Shown: positions 24,374-33,975 of the stretch, one piece after another
Layout of the letters: each line of letters begins with the position of its first letter
How positions within the stretch are numbered: the first letter of the stretch is position 1
NCBI GenBank assembly: GCA_026418655.1
Contig: JAOAAW010000134.1
Coordinates: forward strand, 1-37,518
Length of the DNA stretch: 37,518 bases
From: a bacterium
Lineage (GTDB): Bacteria; Ratteibacteria; UBA8468; B48-G9; DTJG01
Direction of reading: 5' to 3'
Program-made: the position numbers and the translations under genes
The notes under the pieces: generated by a model
Database searches by the model: none
What the model was told of the DNA's origin: nothing
What the model saw: the letters and a program-made list of their open reading frames with translations, nothing else

Positions 24374-26749
24374 TTAGAGTTTTATAGACCTTTCACCTGA
24401 GTATTTAATCTTTTTCCCATTTATTAGAATTTCATTGATATCTGTCGGTGGAATATGAAGAAAAGTACCGTGTGGCGTTTTTCTGTCTGGTTGTCTATAT
24501 TCAATTTGTAATTTGTTTGACTGTATCTTTGCTGAAATTGAGATACTCCCAAAATACGTTGGAACATTCTTCCACACAAATCCACCATTGTTGAGAAAGG
24601 CAAGAGGAACCAATTTTAGCAGATGCAATTCATTATCCTGCTCCTGTATCACGCATAACCTTGTTAAAATAAACGTCAACCCATGCGAAAAACAATTTCC
24701 ACTAACTCCATTCCGTGTTTCAAATGAAACAAAGTTTTGTCTCGAAGCTCCAGCTGCGTATAGACTGTAAAGACCCATGGTAAATTTTTCTCTATCTCCT
24801 AGATAAAGAGAATGGAAAATATTCCAGGAAAAACAGGGTTCGCAGGAAGAAATTTCATGGTCAAGAACTGCTGGCTGCCATTCGCTTGAAAACGGCCTGT
24901 AAATTCTCCATTGTGGTCCTTCGCTGAACCATTTGATTGTTGCAATCATCTCTGGTTCGTCTGCATCAAACAGTTCCCCAAAAACAAGTACAAGTGGTCC
25001 TGTATCAAGATAAAATGCATGAGATAGTTCCATACCTATACCACCTCCAAGAACCACAGGAATCAATGGATAAGATTTACCATCAGACGCTTTCCATTTC
25101 TTCATCTTTTTTACTTCTTCAAAAAATATTTCTCTGAATCTATCCCTGTATTTTTTTGCTCTCCTAGAAAAATATTCTGCGTCTGGATGCCCTATTTCTT
25201 CGAGAAAAAATGAAGCTGTCTTGAGTGCCTTGTGATGCCAGGCATTGTTCCAGACAGATTGACTACACCAGCCACTGTCATTGGAAACTGCTGGTGGTAA
25301 GATACCTTCATAAAATCCAGGAACTTTTTTGTCCAGCGCATCACAAATAAACCGGCATGCCTTAATTATGGGCTGTGTCCATCTTTCTACAAATTCACCA
25401 TCACCACTCATTAAGGCGTGATTTACAGCCGCCCACAAGATCGCTGCATGGTCAGTGATCCAATCAATTGCTGAAAGTTCTTGCGGTGATGCAAAATAAC
25501 CGGGATGTTTATCAAGATATGGACTGGGTGGTTTTTTCTCACCCTGTTTTTTCCGATAGGGTTCAAGATATTTTTCTACCTCCTTTCCATAACCAAGAAA
25601 ATCAAGTGCATAAAGTTGCATTGATAATGAAGTGGGCCATGTTGCCTCATAACAGTAACTTCCTGAAGGGAGCCCATACAGGTCACTTGAAGGAATTTTT
25701 TGCGCAATCATCGCAGTTAAGCGCGGAAAATTATCGACCCATCCTTGAAGCAATGGTTCACTCATTTTTATTATGGTTCTTGTCTTCAATTGGTTTTTCC
25801 AGAATTTTTCAGCCTCCTTCAGGGCTCCATCATAACCGAGAGCAAGCTCTCTTTTTATTAAATCATCTGCGACAGGAATGAAAGGAAAAACAAAATCAAA
25901 CTTCTTCCCTATTTCACAGGGTATTTTCACAACAAGATGGCTCAATGGTTTATTTGACGCAGAAAAAAACTGGCTTCTTGCAAACTGGATAGAGATATTT
26001 TCCTGACATCCCGGTAAAGCAAGGGTGTTTCTTTTTCCGGCAGTGAAAGAACCAAAAAGTTCTGTATGGGAAGATGGTGAACTAATTCTGAGATATCCTG
26101 GATTTTTAAGATTTGTGTCTCCTTCATAAACCAGTGCAACAGGATACGAGGGCACGCCAAAACCATAATTGAATGTGATGTTGTTGTATGCACCCATGCC
26201 CACAATTAACGATGGAGCAATAATTGTTAAACAAGCAAAGATTTCCTTGAGACAATTAATTTCTTCTATGACATCCGCTATTTCAATCCTGACCCATAAA
26301 AATAGTGGTTCAACACCTGTCTTAACACTTTTTCCACCGGGTATATGAGCAAATTGTTTCTGCCTGATAACCACCGGTGCATTAAGAATGACCTGTTCAA
26401 TCACATAAACAGGGGTCTTACAACCATCCCAGCAAGCAATATGTCTCCTGTCAGGATTTAGCAATTGCATCAAAGAAGTATCACAGACAGAAGTGTCGGG
26501 CTGACCATTCCGGGTATTCTGTCTAAAAGGATTTTTTGCCATAAACCTGATTCTCAATTCTGATGCAAAAACTTGGTCTTCAGGCAATACATTTGTATTC
26601 ATGCCAAGCCCTGCAGGATTTGCCAGGATTGTTCCATCATAAAAAACATTGAATTCATAAAGATGGTCTTTCCATGAAACAGGTACCCAGTGTGCATATT
26701 GATCCGGCCAGTACTTGCATGCAATTTCAGCATTCCATTCATTGTTCAT
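24374..26749 (-). CDS. Large cytoplasmic protein of unknown function, possibly a six-hairpin (alpha/alpha)6 glycosidase-like fold flanked by beta-sandwich regions
   Basis: The ORF track starts at 26785. The ATG at 26749, 6 nt after GGAGG, gives MNNEWNAEIACKYWPDQ..., 791 aa. No signal peptide. The W/H/D-rich helical middle (DWITDHAAILWAAVNHALMSGDGEF, SVWNNAWHHKAL) suggests a toroid glycosidase, but I could not name a family. Confidence 0.8.
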   Translation of the reverse strand: MNNEWNAEIACKYWPDQYAHWVPVSWKDHLYEFNVFYDGTILANPAGLGMNTNVLPEDQVFASELRIRFMAKNPFRQNTRNGQPDTSVCDTSLMQLLNPDRRHIACWDGCKTPVYVIEQVILNAPVVIRQKQFAHIPGGKSVKTGVEPLFLWVRIEIADVIEEINCLKEIFACLTIIAPSLIVGMGAYNNITFNYGFGVPSYPVALVYEGDTNLKNPGYLRISSPSSHTELFGSFTAGKRNTLALPGCQENISIQFARSQFFSASNKPLSHLVVKIPCEIGKKFDFVFPFIPVADDLIKRELALGYDGALKEAEKFWKNQLKTRTIIKMSEPLLQGWVDNFPRLTAMIAQKIPSSDLYGLPSGSYCYEATWPTSLSMQLYALDFLGYGKEVEKYLEPYRKKQGEKKPPSPYLDKHPGYFASPQELSAIDWITDHAAILWAAVNHALMSGDGEFVERWTQPIIKACRFICDALDKKVPGFYEGILPPAVSNDSGWCSQSVWNNAWHHKALKTASFFLEEIGHPDAEYFSRRAKKYRDRFREIFFEEVKKMKKWKASDGKSYPLIPVVLGGGIGMELSHAFYLDTGPLVLVFGELFDADEPEMIATIKWFSEGPQWRIYRPFSSEWQPAVLDHEISSCEPCFSWNIFHSLYLGDREKFTMGLYSLYAAGASRQNFVSFETRNGVSGNCFSHGLTFILTRLCVIQEQDNELHLLKLVPLAFLNNGGFVWKNVPTYFGSISISAKIQSNKLQIEYRQPDRKTPHGTFLHIPPTDINEILINGKKIKYSGERSIKL

Positions 26750-26841
26750 AGGTTTCCTCCATAAATATACTACCATAACATTCACACCATTGTGGACTTG
26801 TTCAGTTTATTGCATTATTATTTAACTCAAAAGGAGTCAAA

Positions 26842-29800
26842 ATGAAAAATCAAAAAAGGATGTTTTCTAAAATTCTCATTCTGTCAGTGATTTTAGTGGT
26901 TAATCTGCTTTTCGCAGACATTTTTTTTGAGGCTGAAAATTTTAAAGTCTCTGGTAATGGCTGGAAGATCGCTGAAGGAGATGTTGCGCGCTCTGCTTCA
27001 AACCTGAAAGTCTTACAGGGATCATCTGGCCAGTTTGAATCAATCGCATATCAGGAAATAAACATAACTGAAGAGGCGCTGTACAGAATATGGGTGAGAT
27101 ATTCCCAGAAACCAGATGTCCGTGGAACATTCAAACTCTCAGTTTTTCAAGGAGAAAAAGAAATTGCTTCAAAAGAGTTTGATACTGCCACTGATAGGGA
27201 AAGAGCGAGAGACAGCCGACTTGGAATGGACTATGTCTGGGATTATCTTGATGTACAACTTCCTTCAGGAAACATCACCATCAAATTTACAAAAACCGGA
27301 TTGAAAACCGTCCACAGGTTAAGCAGGTGCATTGATTGTGTATTAATAACAAAAGATTTGACAAAAAAACCAGATCACACTGAATATGGACCCGGGATTT
27401 ATGTGCGTGCCACTGTTGGGGATTGCTATGAAAAACCTTTTTATATCCATATTTTTTGCGATTATTACAGAAGTCCATGGTACGCACATTTTTCTTTAAC
27501 CCCTGATGGACTTGATCCCGGTATTGCACCTCCAAAAGGAAGGAAAAGATTTGAAAATAATACAAGAACCGACTGGATAAACATTGCAAAACTTATGTAC
27601 TGGGACACAGGTGTCAATCTTTTAATGTCCCCAAGAGTTACCTATGGCGAAGTTGTTCCAAGATTCAAGATAAAACTTGAGTTCGCGACGCAACCTGATG
27701 ATAGCAAAATTGTAAAAATTATTGAAAGAGATGCCCAACCATCAGGAATTCATGTGATTATTCCTCCTGATTTTAATACTCCTGAAGGAGCAAAAAAACT
27801 CACAGATGATTTAGAAATTGCTCAATCCACCGGTAAACTCGCAGACTCATTCAAATGGCCCGAAATTGGAAAAAAACCAGCAATTTTCCCCTTTTTTGCC
27901 AGTTTCCATTCAGGAGAAGATGGTATCGCTCCCCTTGATAGTAAGGTTGTTGAAAGAGAATGGAAAACCTTTGATTATTTTGGATTTTCAAACAAAACAA
28001 AAACAAAAATAGGTGGCCTATGGTTTACAAAAAATGATTGTTACTCCCAGCCGGATATTGAAAAGATGAAAACGAGATTAACAACAACTGTGGAAGAAGT
28101 AAAGAAAAAAAATGTCGATTTTAATAACATTGTTTTTGCTGTACTTATGGATGAACCCGTAGGTCAACCACTTTCCCATATTGCAAACTGTGCTTCGTGC
28201 AATGAAAAGTTTATCCAGTGGCTGAAAAAACTTGGGAAAACCCCTTCTGACTTACTCGTCAAAAGCTGGGATGAAGTAAAAGTCATTGATGAAACACAAG
28301 CAGAACAATATCCGGGGTTGTATTACTGGTCCCAAAAATTCAGAACGCGTGCACTCGGTGATTTTATGATACTGCAAAAAGATATGATAAAGGAAGCATA
28401 CGGCAGAGAAATTCCTGCCTGTCCCAATTTTTCTGATGGTGCCACATATGTGGCAAATTTTTATGCCCAGGGTGTTGATTATTTTGAACTTCTCGAGACC
28501 GGTGGAATGAACGGACTCTGGAGTGAAAACTGGGGAAATGGCTCATTAACAAGAGAAGCAACCACCTATAATGTTGAGTTGATGCGCTCTGCTGCAATGA
28601 AAAACAATCAGATTCTTGGACATTATTTAATCGTATATGCAGGCAGATTGGCATGGGATATCAAAACAATAACAGCAAGTCAGGTTGCAAGGGACATAAA
28701 GATATTTCAGAGCTTCTATTATGGTCCATCATGGGCAGGCCATGAAGGCGGTCCACCATGGCGCTGTTCTGCATTATATGCCCGTCCTGAGAAATGGTAT
28801 GCACAGGCAGAAATAATCAGAGAAATTGGATGGGCTGAAGATATCCTGGTGCCAGCAAAAAAAATTCCTTCACAGGTCGCGATTATTTATTCCCAGAGCT
28901 CTGATATCTGGGACCTGAAAAAAAATTATGCCTTTGGCTTTGAAAGAATGTTTACATGGCTTGCTTTAAACCACAGACAGATACCTGTTGATTTTATTTC
29001 AGAACAAACACTTGCTGAAAAGGGCCTTACAGGATATAAGGTTTGTTATTTTTCAGGCAGAAACATCATGCCAGAAGCAGCAGAAAAATTGCAACAATGG
29101 GTGAAAAATGGTGGAATTCTATTCATGACTGCTGGTGCTGGTTCAAGCGATCATTACAACAGACCGATTGATATTCTGGACGACATTTTACCTGTAAAAA
29201 GAGAAACACTCCAGGAAATTCAAACATATCTTTTAAGCGGAAGATTTCTTGACAGATTGTCTCCAAAAGATAGAGTCATTTTAAAAGATGGAACTGAAAT
29301 TCCGGTTCTTTCTGTAAAACAAACCATAAATCCAAAACCTGGCACAAATGTTATTGGAAGTTTTTCAGACCAGAGTCCCGCAATTGTCACAGGCAAAGCA
29401 GGCAAAGGCACAGTTTATTATTGCGGCTTTTTGCCTGCTATCGCATATGCTTATCAGGCAATTGTACACAGAAATAAGATTGCAGAAGGTATAAAAACTC
29501 AGGATATACAGATTCCTGAACCAGACATGGTTGCAACTGATACTCAACTTCTTGTCCGTTCGTACAATCCATGGAAATATCCTGATAATATCAGAAATCT
29601 CATAATAAATCCCGTTATGGAAGCAAAAACAGAGTTGCCTGTTTTATGTGATACAGTTCTTATTGACGCTGTCGCTATGGAATGCGATAAAGGTATCCTG
29701 GTACCGGTAGCAAACTATACCCTGCAGCCCATGAAAAAGATTAATTTAGAGGTAAAGGCGAAAAAAACAGTAAAAAGTGTTGAATCTGTGCATTGTGGAA

Positions 29801-29883
29801 AAATTTCCTTTGTTCAGGAAAAAGACCGGGTTAAGTTCTCAATGCCTGTAAAGGAAACCGATTTTGTAAAGATTATTTATTGA
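26842..29883 (+). CDS. Secreted putative glycoside hydrolase: CBM-like N-domain, TIM-barrel-like core, and GH42-type GATase1-like module
   Basis: 1013 aa. AAGGAG lies upstream. Signal peptide MKNQKRMFSKILILSVILVVNLLFA|D. FFEAENFKVSGNGW resembles a CBM6/35-type start. KVCYFSGRNIMPEAAEKLQQWVKNGGILFMTAGAG resembles the beta-galactosidase trimerisation domain. The functional call is tentative. Confidence 0.85.
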   Translation: MKNQKRMFSKILILSVILVVNLLFADIFFEAENFKVSGNGWKIAEGDVARSASNLKVLQGSSGQFESIAYQEINITEEALYRIWVRYSQKPDVRGTFKLSVFQGEKEIASKEFDTATDRERARDSRLGMDYVWDYLDVQLPSGNITIKFTKTGLKTVHRLSRCIDCVLITKDLTKKPDHTEYGPGIYVRATVGDCYEKPFYIHIFCDYYRSPWYAHFSLTPDGLDPGIAPPKGRKRFENNTRTDWINIAKLMYWDTGVNLLMSPRVTYGEVVPRFKIKLEFATQPDDSKIVKIIERDAQPSGIHVIIPPDFNTPEGAKKLTDDLEIAQSTGKLADSFKWPEIGKKPAIFPFFASFHSGEDGIAPLDSKVVEREWKTFDYFGFSNKTKTKIGGLWFTKNDCYSQPDIEKMKTRLTTTVEEVKKKNVDFNNIVFAVLMDEPVGQPLSHIANCASCNEKFIQWLKKLGKTPSDLLVKSWDEVKVIDETQAEQYPGLYYWSQKFRTRALGDFMILQKDMIKEAYGREIPACPNFSDGATYVANFYAQGVDYFELLETGGMNGLWSENWGNGSLTREATTYNVELMRSAAMKNNQILGHYLIVYAGRLAWDIKTITASQVARDIKIFQSFYYGPSWAGHEGGPPWRCSALYARPEKWYAQAEIIREIGWAEDILVPAKKIPSQVAIIYSQSSDIWDLKKNYAFGFERMFTWLALNHRQIPVDFISEQTLAEKGLTGYKVCYFSGRNIMPEAAEKLQQWVKNGGILFMTAGAGSSDHYNRPIDILDDILPVKRETLQEIQTYLLSGRFLDRLSPKDRVILKDGTEIPVLSVKQTINPKPGTNVIGSFSDQSPAIVTGKAGKGTVYYCGFLPAIAYAYQAIVHRNKIAEGIKTQDIQIPEPDMVATDTQLLVRSYNPWKYPDNIRNLIINPVMEAKTELPVLCDTVLIDAVAMECDKGILVPVANYTLQPMKKINLEVKAKKTVKSVESVHCGKISFVQEKDRVKFSMPVKETDFVKIIY

Positions 29884-30404
29884 AAACCATGAAGAAAAAA
29901 CTTGTTGTGGTTAATGACAGGATGCAAAAAAATTACAGGTACTATCTGACAGAACCAGAAGGCAAAAAGTTCCATCCTGATTTCAGACCAGAACTAACAC
30001 CGAAGCAGATGCTGAAACTTGGGGTTTTTGGTGGAAGATACCTGCGGGATTGCAGGAAAGAATTTCCAGCCGCCTGGTTTAAGAAAGCAAAACTCCACCC
30101 CGAAGGCGTTCCTGGACATAGCGCTTATCTTAATTATTTCAAAGTTGATGCATCCCAGCCATTAAGGGTCTGGCAGGAAAAAGGATGGATTCATCCCGAT
30201 GATCCGCGTGGATGGTTTCAATGGTATTGCAGATACTACATGGGAAGAAGACACCAGGATGATGAAAGACAGATTAAAAGATGGAAAGCAATGAAAAGAC
30301 ATATCAGCCAGATTAAGAAGAATTGTAGGCCAGGAGATTTTAACTGTAGAAGAAAACAAAGACAGGCCCTTTTACACTGGGCTTATGATAGCAGAAAGAT
30401 ATAG
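29880..30404 (+). CDS. Small basic conserved hypothetical protein with a WFQWYCRYYMGRR motif (start at TTG 29880 or ATG 29889)
   Basis: 174 aa, no signal peptide. The TTG overlaps the upstream TGA (TTGA). GWIHPDDPRGWFQWYCRYYMGRRHQDDERQIKRW looks like a widely distributed uncharacterised family, possibly DUF4385. That name is an unverified recollection. Confidence 0.7.
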   Translation: MKTMKKKLVVVNDRMQKNYRYYLTEPEGKKFHPDFRPELTPKQMLKLGVFGGRYLRDCRKEFPAAWFKKAKLHPEGVPGHSAYLNYFKVDASQPLRVWQEKGWIHPDDPRGWFQWYCRYYMGRRHQDDERQIKRWKAMKRHISQIKKNCRPGDFNCRRKQRQALLHWAYDSRKI

Positions 30405-32651
30405 TCATTCTAATCTCAAAAATTCAATACCTTTTTGGCTTAGGCTCATAACAATAGAAGCAACTGAATATATATTCCCAGTAATAAAACTTCTTGCCCT
30501 CTTATAACCATGCAGTCTTAACCTTGCTTCTGCTTTCTTTTTGTCAAAATTTACTGCAAGCAAATAACTTTTGCTATCAGAACCTTTAATTACAACCACC
30601 CTTACATCAGAATTTGACACCACCTGCGGCATAAAAATGTTTTTCTTTGAAAATAGTTGAGTTTGTTTGTGGTTTTTTCCAGCAAGAAGAACACAGCATA
30701 TATCAAAGATATCTTTACCTTTTTCAAAAGCACTCTTTTCAAAATAAGGATAACATAATTCATCCACAAAAAGACCTGTACCGAGAGATTCAGCTTCCAA
30801 TTCGTTAAGTTTCAAACCTGCCTGCCTTTTTGATGGTCTGTAAATCAAGAAATGATTGCTTCCATAAATTCCGATTATTCCAAGGTAATCATCTATATTG
30901 AGCCAGTGAGAATTGAGAACAATTTTTTCCGGTTTTTTTGACGGTCCACATATTTTTCTTAAACCATCTTCGAACCAATAGTTTCTGCAGCAATCATTGA
31001 AAATATCATTTGGGATATTAAGGAATAATCCCTTAGCCCTTTTGATGTATGTCAGGGGTAACATGGCAATACATTTCTGCATCACAATACATGTTGCATC
31101 ATCAGGTAGGGCAACAAAAATTATTGTATTTTTCGCGAGAACTTCTGGAAACTGACCTTCTGAAATAAACTGTTCTGAGTGAACTTCTGTTTCTCCACAA
31201 ACCGCAAAGCCATTTTCAAAAAGAAATTCCCTGTGGAATACAGGTGTCTGATAGTTTATTCTTCCATAACCTGAAACAAAACCTGCAAGATTATTTCTCC
31301 ATTCTGCGATATCACTTCTTTTCACAGGAACACACAGTCCCTGGGGTGGCTGTGCTGATAAAAAGCACCAGGAAGCAATCCTGTTTTTACCGTGAACAAG
31401 ACACGAACCATGATACCGGTCATGCCAGGGTTGTTTCAATTGATAAATCTTTTCGGTTTTTCTTTTCCTTAAGTTACTAAAAATTCTACTCCAGTACGCA
31501 CCCATTGATAATGTGCAGGCACGATCTGTTTCAAGACGTGTATAGTAAATTGGCGCATTATCTGATAAGTCCTTACATCTTACTGATAGAAAAGAACCAT
31601 CCTTGTTTGTTGCCATCTCTTTTGCTACGATCTTTAGCCACGACTGTTCAAATTTTTCACAGTCATGGTCTTTGAGCACATCCCTTATCAACAGCCATAC
31701 TGGAACTGTATAATCCTGACAATAACAGTATCTTATTCTTGTGTCTCCACCAATCCTGCATAATCTTCCATCAGGAAATGTACAGCTTTTTATAAGTTTC
31801 CACAGTTTTTCAATATGTCTGTAAATAAAATCAGGTGCTTTAAGTCCTCTTTTTTTATAGGCGAAGTGAAGCATTGCGATATTGGATAAGCAAATCACCA
31901 TATAGCCAACATTGAGATATCCGTGATGATTGAGTGCGAAGGAGGAAAAGAAATTATCTCCCCTGTACCAGTATGAAACAGGTTTTCCATTGACAATTTT
32001 TTTACATTTTGCGTCTGAAGCAATTGAAATCCCATTGATGATAAAAAATGTTGCTTTTTCAATATATTCACTCTTACGTTTTACATCAGGAAACATTAAA
32101 ACTGTTCTGAGCAGGTGCGCACCATTCCAGATATTACTTTCAGGATGATTGTGAATGGTCTTTCCTGCAAGGATTTCACCCTTTCTATCCGGAGTATCCC
32201 TGTAATATTCATCAACAAGCCATTCAGATTCAGAAACCATTACCTTTTTCAGAAGTTTCCAGTCATAATCTGTAAGATAATCTTTGATCGCATCTATTCC
32301 ATGCATCATCCTTTCCATTCCGAGCACGCTCATCCAGGTATGTCCCCATTTTGTTCCATCAAGACAATGGTAATTTCCTTCGATATGACTTTCAAGATTA
32401 AAACGAAGCATTTTCAATGCATGCTCAAGAATTTCCTTTTTTTTCATACTGCAAACATTTTCATCTAGTTCAGGGTCAGCAAAACAAACAGCAAATGCAG
32501 AAAACGCCTTTTGATGGGCTTGCACTGCCCAGTTGTTGTATCCTGTTCCAAAATATTCAAGTTCAGGTCTTTCAGTTACCTTGTAGATGAATGAATTTGC
32601 GAAAGGAAGCCATTTTTCAAGCAATCCCAGGTACTGTCGGCTGGATACCAT
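30405..32651 (-). CDS. Large cytoplasmic protein of unknown function, possibly an alpha/alpha-toroid plus beta-sandwich polysaccharide lyase/hydrolase-like protein
   Basis: 748 aa. AAGAGGAGAGT lies upstream of the ATG. The N-terminal half is helical, with FALNHHGYLNVGYM (about 31895-31942) recalling the N-H...Y catalytic arrangement of toroid lyases. The C-terminal third is beta-rich. No signal peptide. Confidence 0.8.
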   Translation of the reverse strand: MVSSRQYLGLLEKWLPFANSFIYKVTERPELEYFGTGYNNWAVQAHQKAFSAFAVCFADPELDENVCSMKKKEILEHALKMLRFNLESHIEGNYHCLDGTKWGHTWMSVLGMERMMHGIDAIKDYLTDYDWKLLKKVMVSESEWLVDEYYRDTPDRKGEILAGKTIHNHPESNIWNGAHLLRTVLMFPDVKRKSEYIEKATFFIINGISIASDAKCKKIVNGKPVSYWYRGDNFFSSFALNHHGYLNVGYMVICLSNIAMLHFAYKKRGLKAPDFIYRHIEKLWKLIKSCTFPDGRLCRIGGDTRIRYCYCQDYTVPVWLLIRDVLKDHDCEKFEQSWLKIVAKEMATNKDGSFLSVRCKDLSDNAPIYYTRLETDRACTLSMGAYWSRIFSNLRKRKTEKIYQLKQPWHDRYHGSCLVHGKNRIASWCFLSAQPPQGLCVPVKRSDIAEWRNNLAGFVSGYGRINYQTPVFHREFLFENGFAVCGETEVHSEQFISEGQFPEVLAKNTIIFVALPDDATCIVMQKCIAMLPLTYIKRAKGLFLNIPNDIFNDCCRNYWFEDGLRKICGPSKKPEKIVLNSHWLNIDDYLGIIGIYGSNHFLIYRPSKRQAGLKLNELEAESLGTGLFVDELCYPYFEKSAFEKGKDIFDICCVLLAGKNHKQTQLFSKKNIFMPQVVSNSDVRVVVIKGSDSKSYLLAVNFDKKKAEARLRLHGYKRARSFITGNIYSVASIVMSLSQKGIEFLRLE

Positions 32652-32682
32652 ACTCTCCTCTTAAAATCAAGATTTCATTCAA

Positions 32683-33975
32683 TCAGAACCTTACTGGTTT
32701 TATTATTTTCAGAATATCACCTGCAAGATAAAGGGAACCGCAAATAACTCTTGGGCTACTGCTTTTTATTTCAATCAATCTTTCAAAAGCGTCCTTTGGT
32801 TTCTCCAGTATTTCAATTAAAGATTCAGGCAAAAATTCTCTCATTTTTTGTGCAAGCTCTTCAGGTGGAACACTTCTTGGAGTATCAGGACGTGTAAAAA
32901 TAAATCTTTCGCCTGAATCTGCCAGCATTCTTAACATAGTTTCCCATTTTTTGTCTTTCAAAATTCCAACAAGAAAAATAAACTTTCTGTCTGGAAAATA
33001 TTGTTTAAGCGCCTTTTTTAATGAGTTAATGCCATCGGTATTATGTCCACCATCAATGATAACCATCGGATGCTCCATTACAGGTTGAAATCTGGCAGGC
33101 CATATTGAATTTTTCATTCCCTCAATAATTGCCTTTTCAGGTATATTAAATCCCTGTTTCTTTAACAAAAGCAATGACTGGATCGCAACTGCTGCATTAT
33201 GAACCTGATGTCTGCCAAAAAGTTTTATGGAGATATTCTTCATTTTTTCAGTACCAGAGAAATTCAATCGCTGTTGGTTCGGAAAATCAGAAGATACCAG
33301 CCTTGCTAAAAAGTGCTTACCATAAAAATATGCTTTTGTCTTTTTTTGTCTGCAAACTCTCTTAATAACTTTCAATGCACCTGGTAATTGTCTACCTGAA
33401 ACAAGAATTGAATTTTCCTTTATTATACCTGCCTTTTCAGAAGCAATCTCTTCAATGCTATTACCGAGGTATTCCATGTGGTCAAAAGAAACAGGCGTAA
33501 TAACTTCGAGCACTGGCTCCAAAACATTTGTAGCATCAAACCTACCTCCCATTCCAACCTCACATACACACACATCAATCTTTTCTCTTCTAAAATATTC
33601 AAATGCTATTGCTGTAAGTGCTTCAAAATATGTAGGTTTCATCTCAACAGGTAGTTTTTCACATATTTTTTTCAATTCAAGGCAGAGATCATCAAAAATC
33701 TTTGACGGTATTGGCTTACCATTTATCTGTATACGCTCTTCAACCCTTATAAGATGCGGACTTGTGTATAAACCTGTCCTGTACCCTGCCTGCTTCAAAC
33801 AATTTGAAATAAAACAGGCAACAGATCCTTTACCATTGGTTCCTGCAATTAGAACCGACTTGTATTTTTTGTGTGGGTTATCAAGATTTGAAAGGATATG
33901 ACGTATCTTGTCGAGACCAAGTTTTATACCAAAATCTGTCAATTTCTCAAGATATCTGAAACCTGCACCGCTCAT
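32683..33975 (-). CDS. folC: Bifunctional folylpolyglutamate synthase / dihydrofolate synthase
   Basis: 430 aa, Mur-ligase layout. IAGTNGKGSV P-loop, DVCVCEVGMGGRFDATN, IIDGGHN. Confidence 0.92.
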   Translation of the reverse strand: MSGAGFRYLEKLTDFGIKLGLDKIRHILSNLDNPHKKYKSVLIAGTNGKGSVACFISNCLKQAGYRTGLYTSPHLIRVEERIQINGKPIPSKIFDDLCLELKKICEKLPVEMKPTYFEALTAIAFEYFRREKIDVCVCEVGMGGRFDATNVLEPVLEVITPVSFDHMEYLGNSIEEIASEKAGIIKENSILVSGRQLPGALKVIKRVCRQKKTKAYFYGKHFLARLVSSDFPNQQRLNFSGTEKMKNISIKLFGRHQVHNAAVAIQSLLLLKKQGFNIPEKAIIEGMKNSIWPARFQPVMEHPMVIIDGGHNTDGINSLKKALKQYFPDRKFIFLVGILKDKKWETMLRMLADSGERFIFTRPDTPRSVPPEELAQKMREFLPESLIEILEKPKDAFERLIEIKSSSPRVICGSLYLAGDILKIIKPVRF

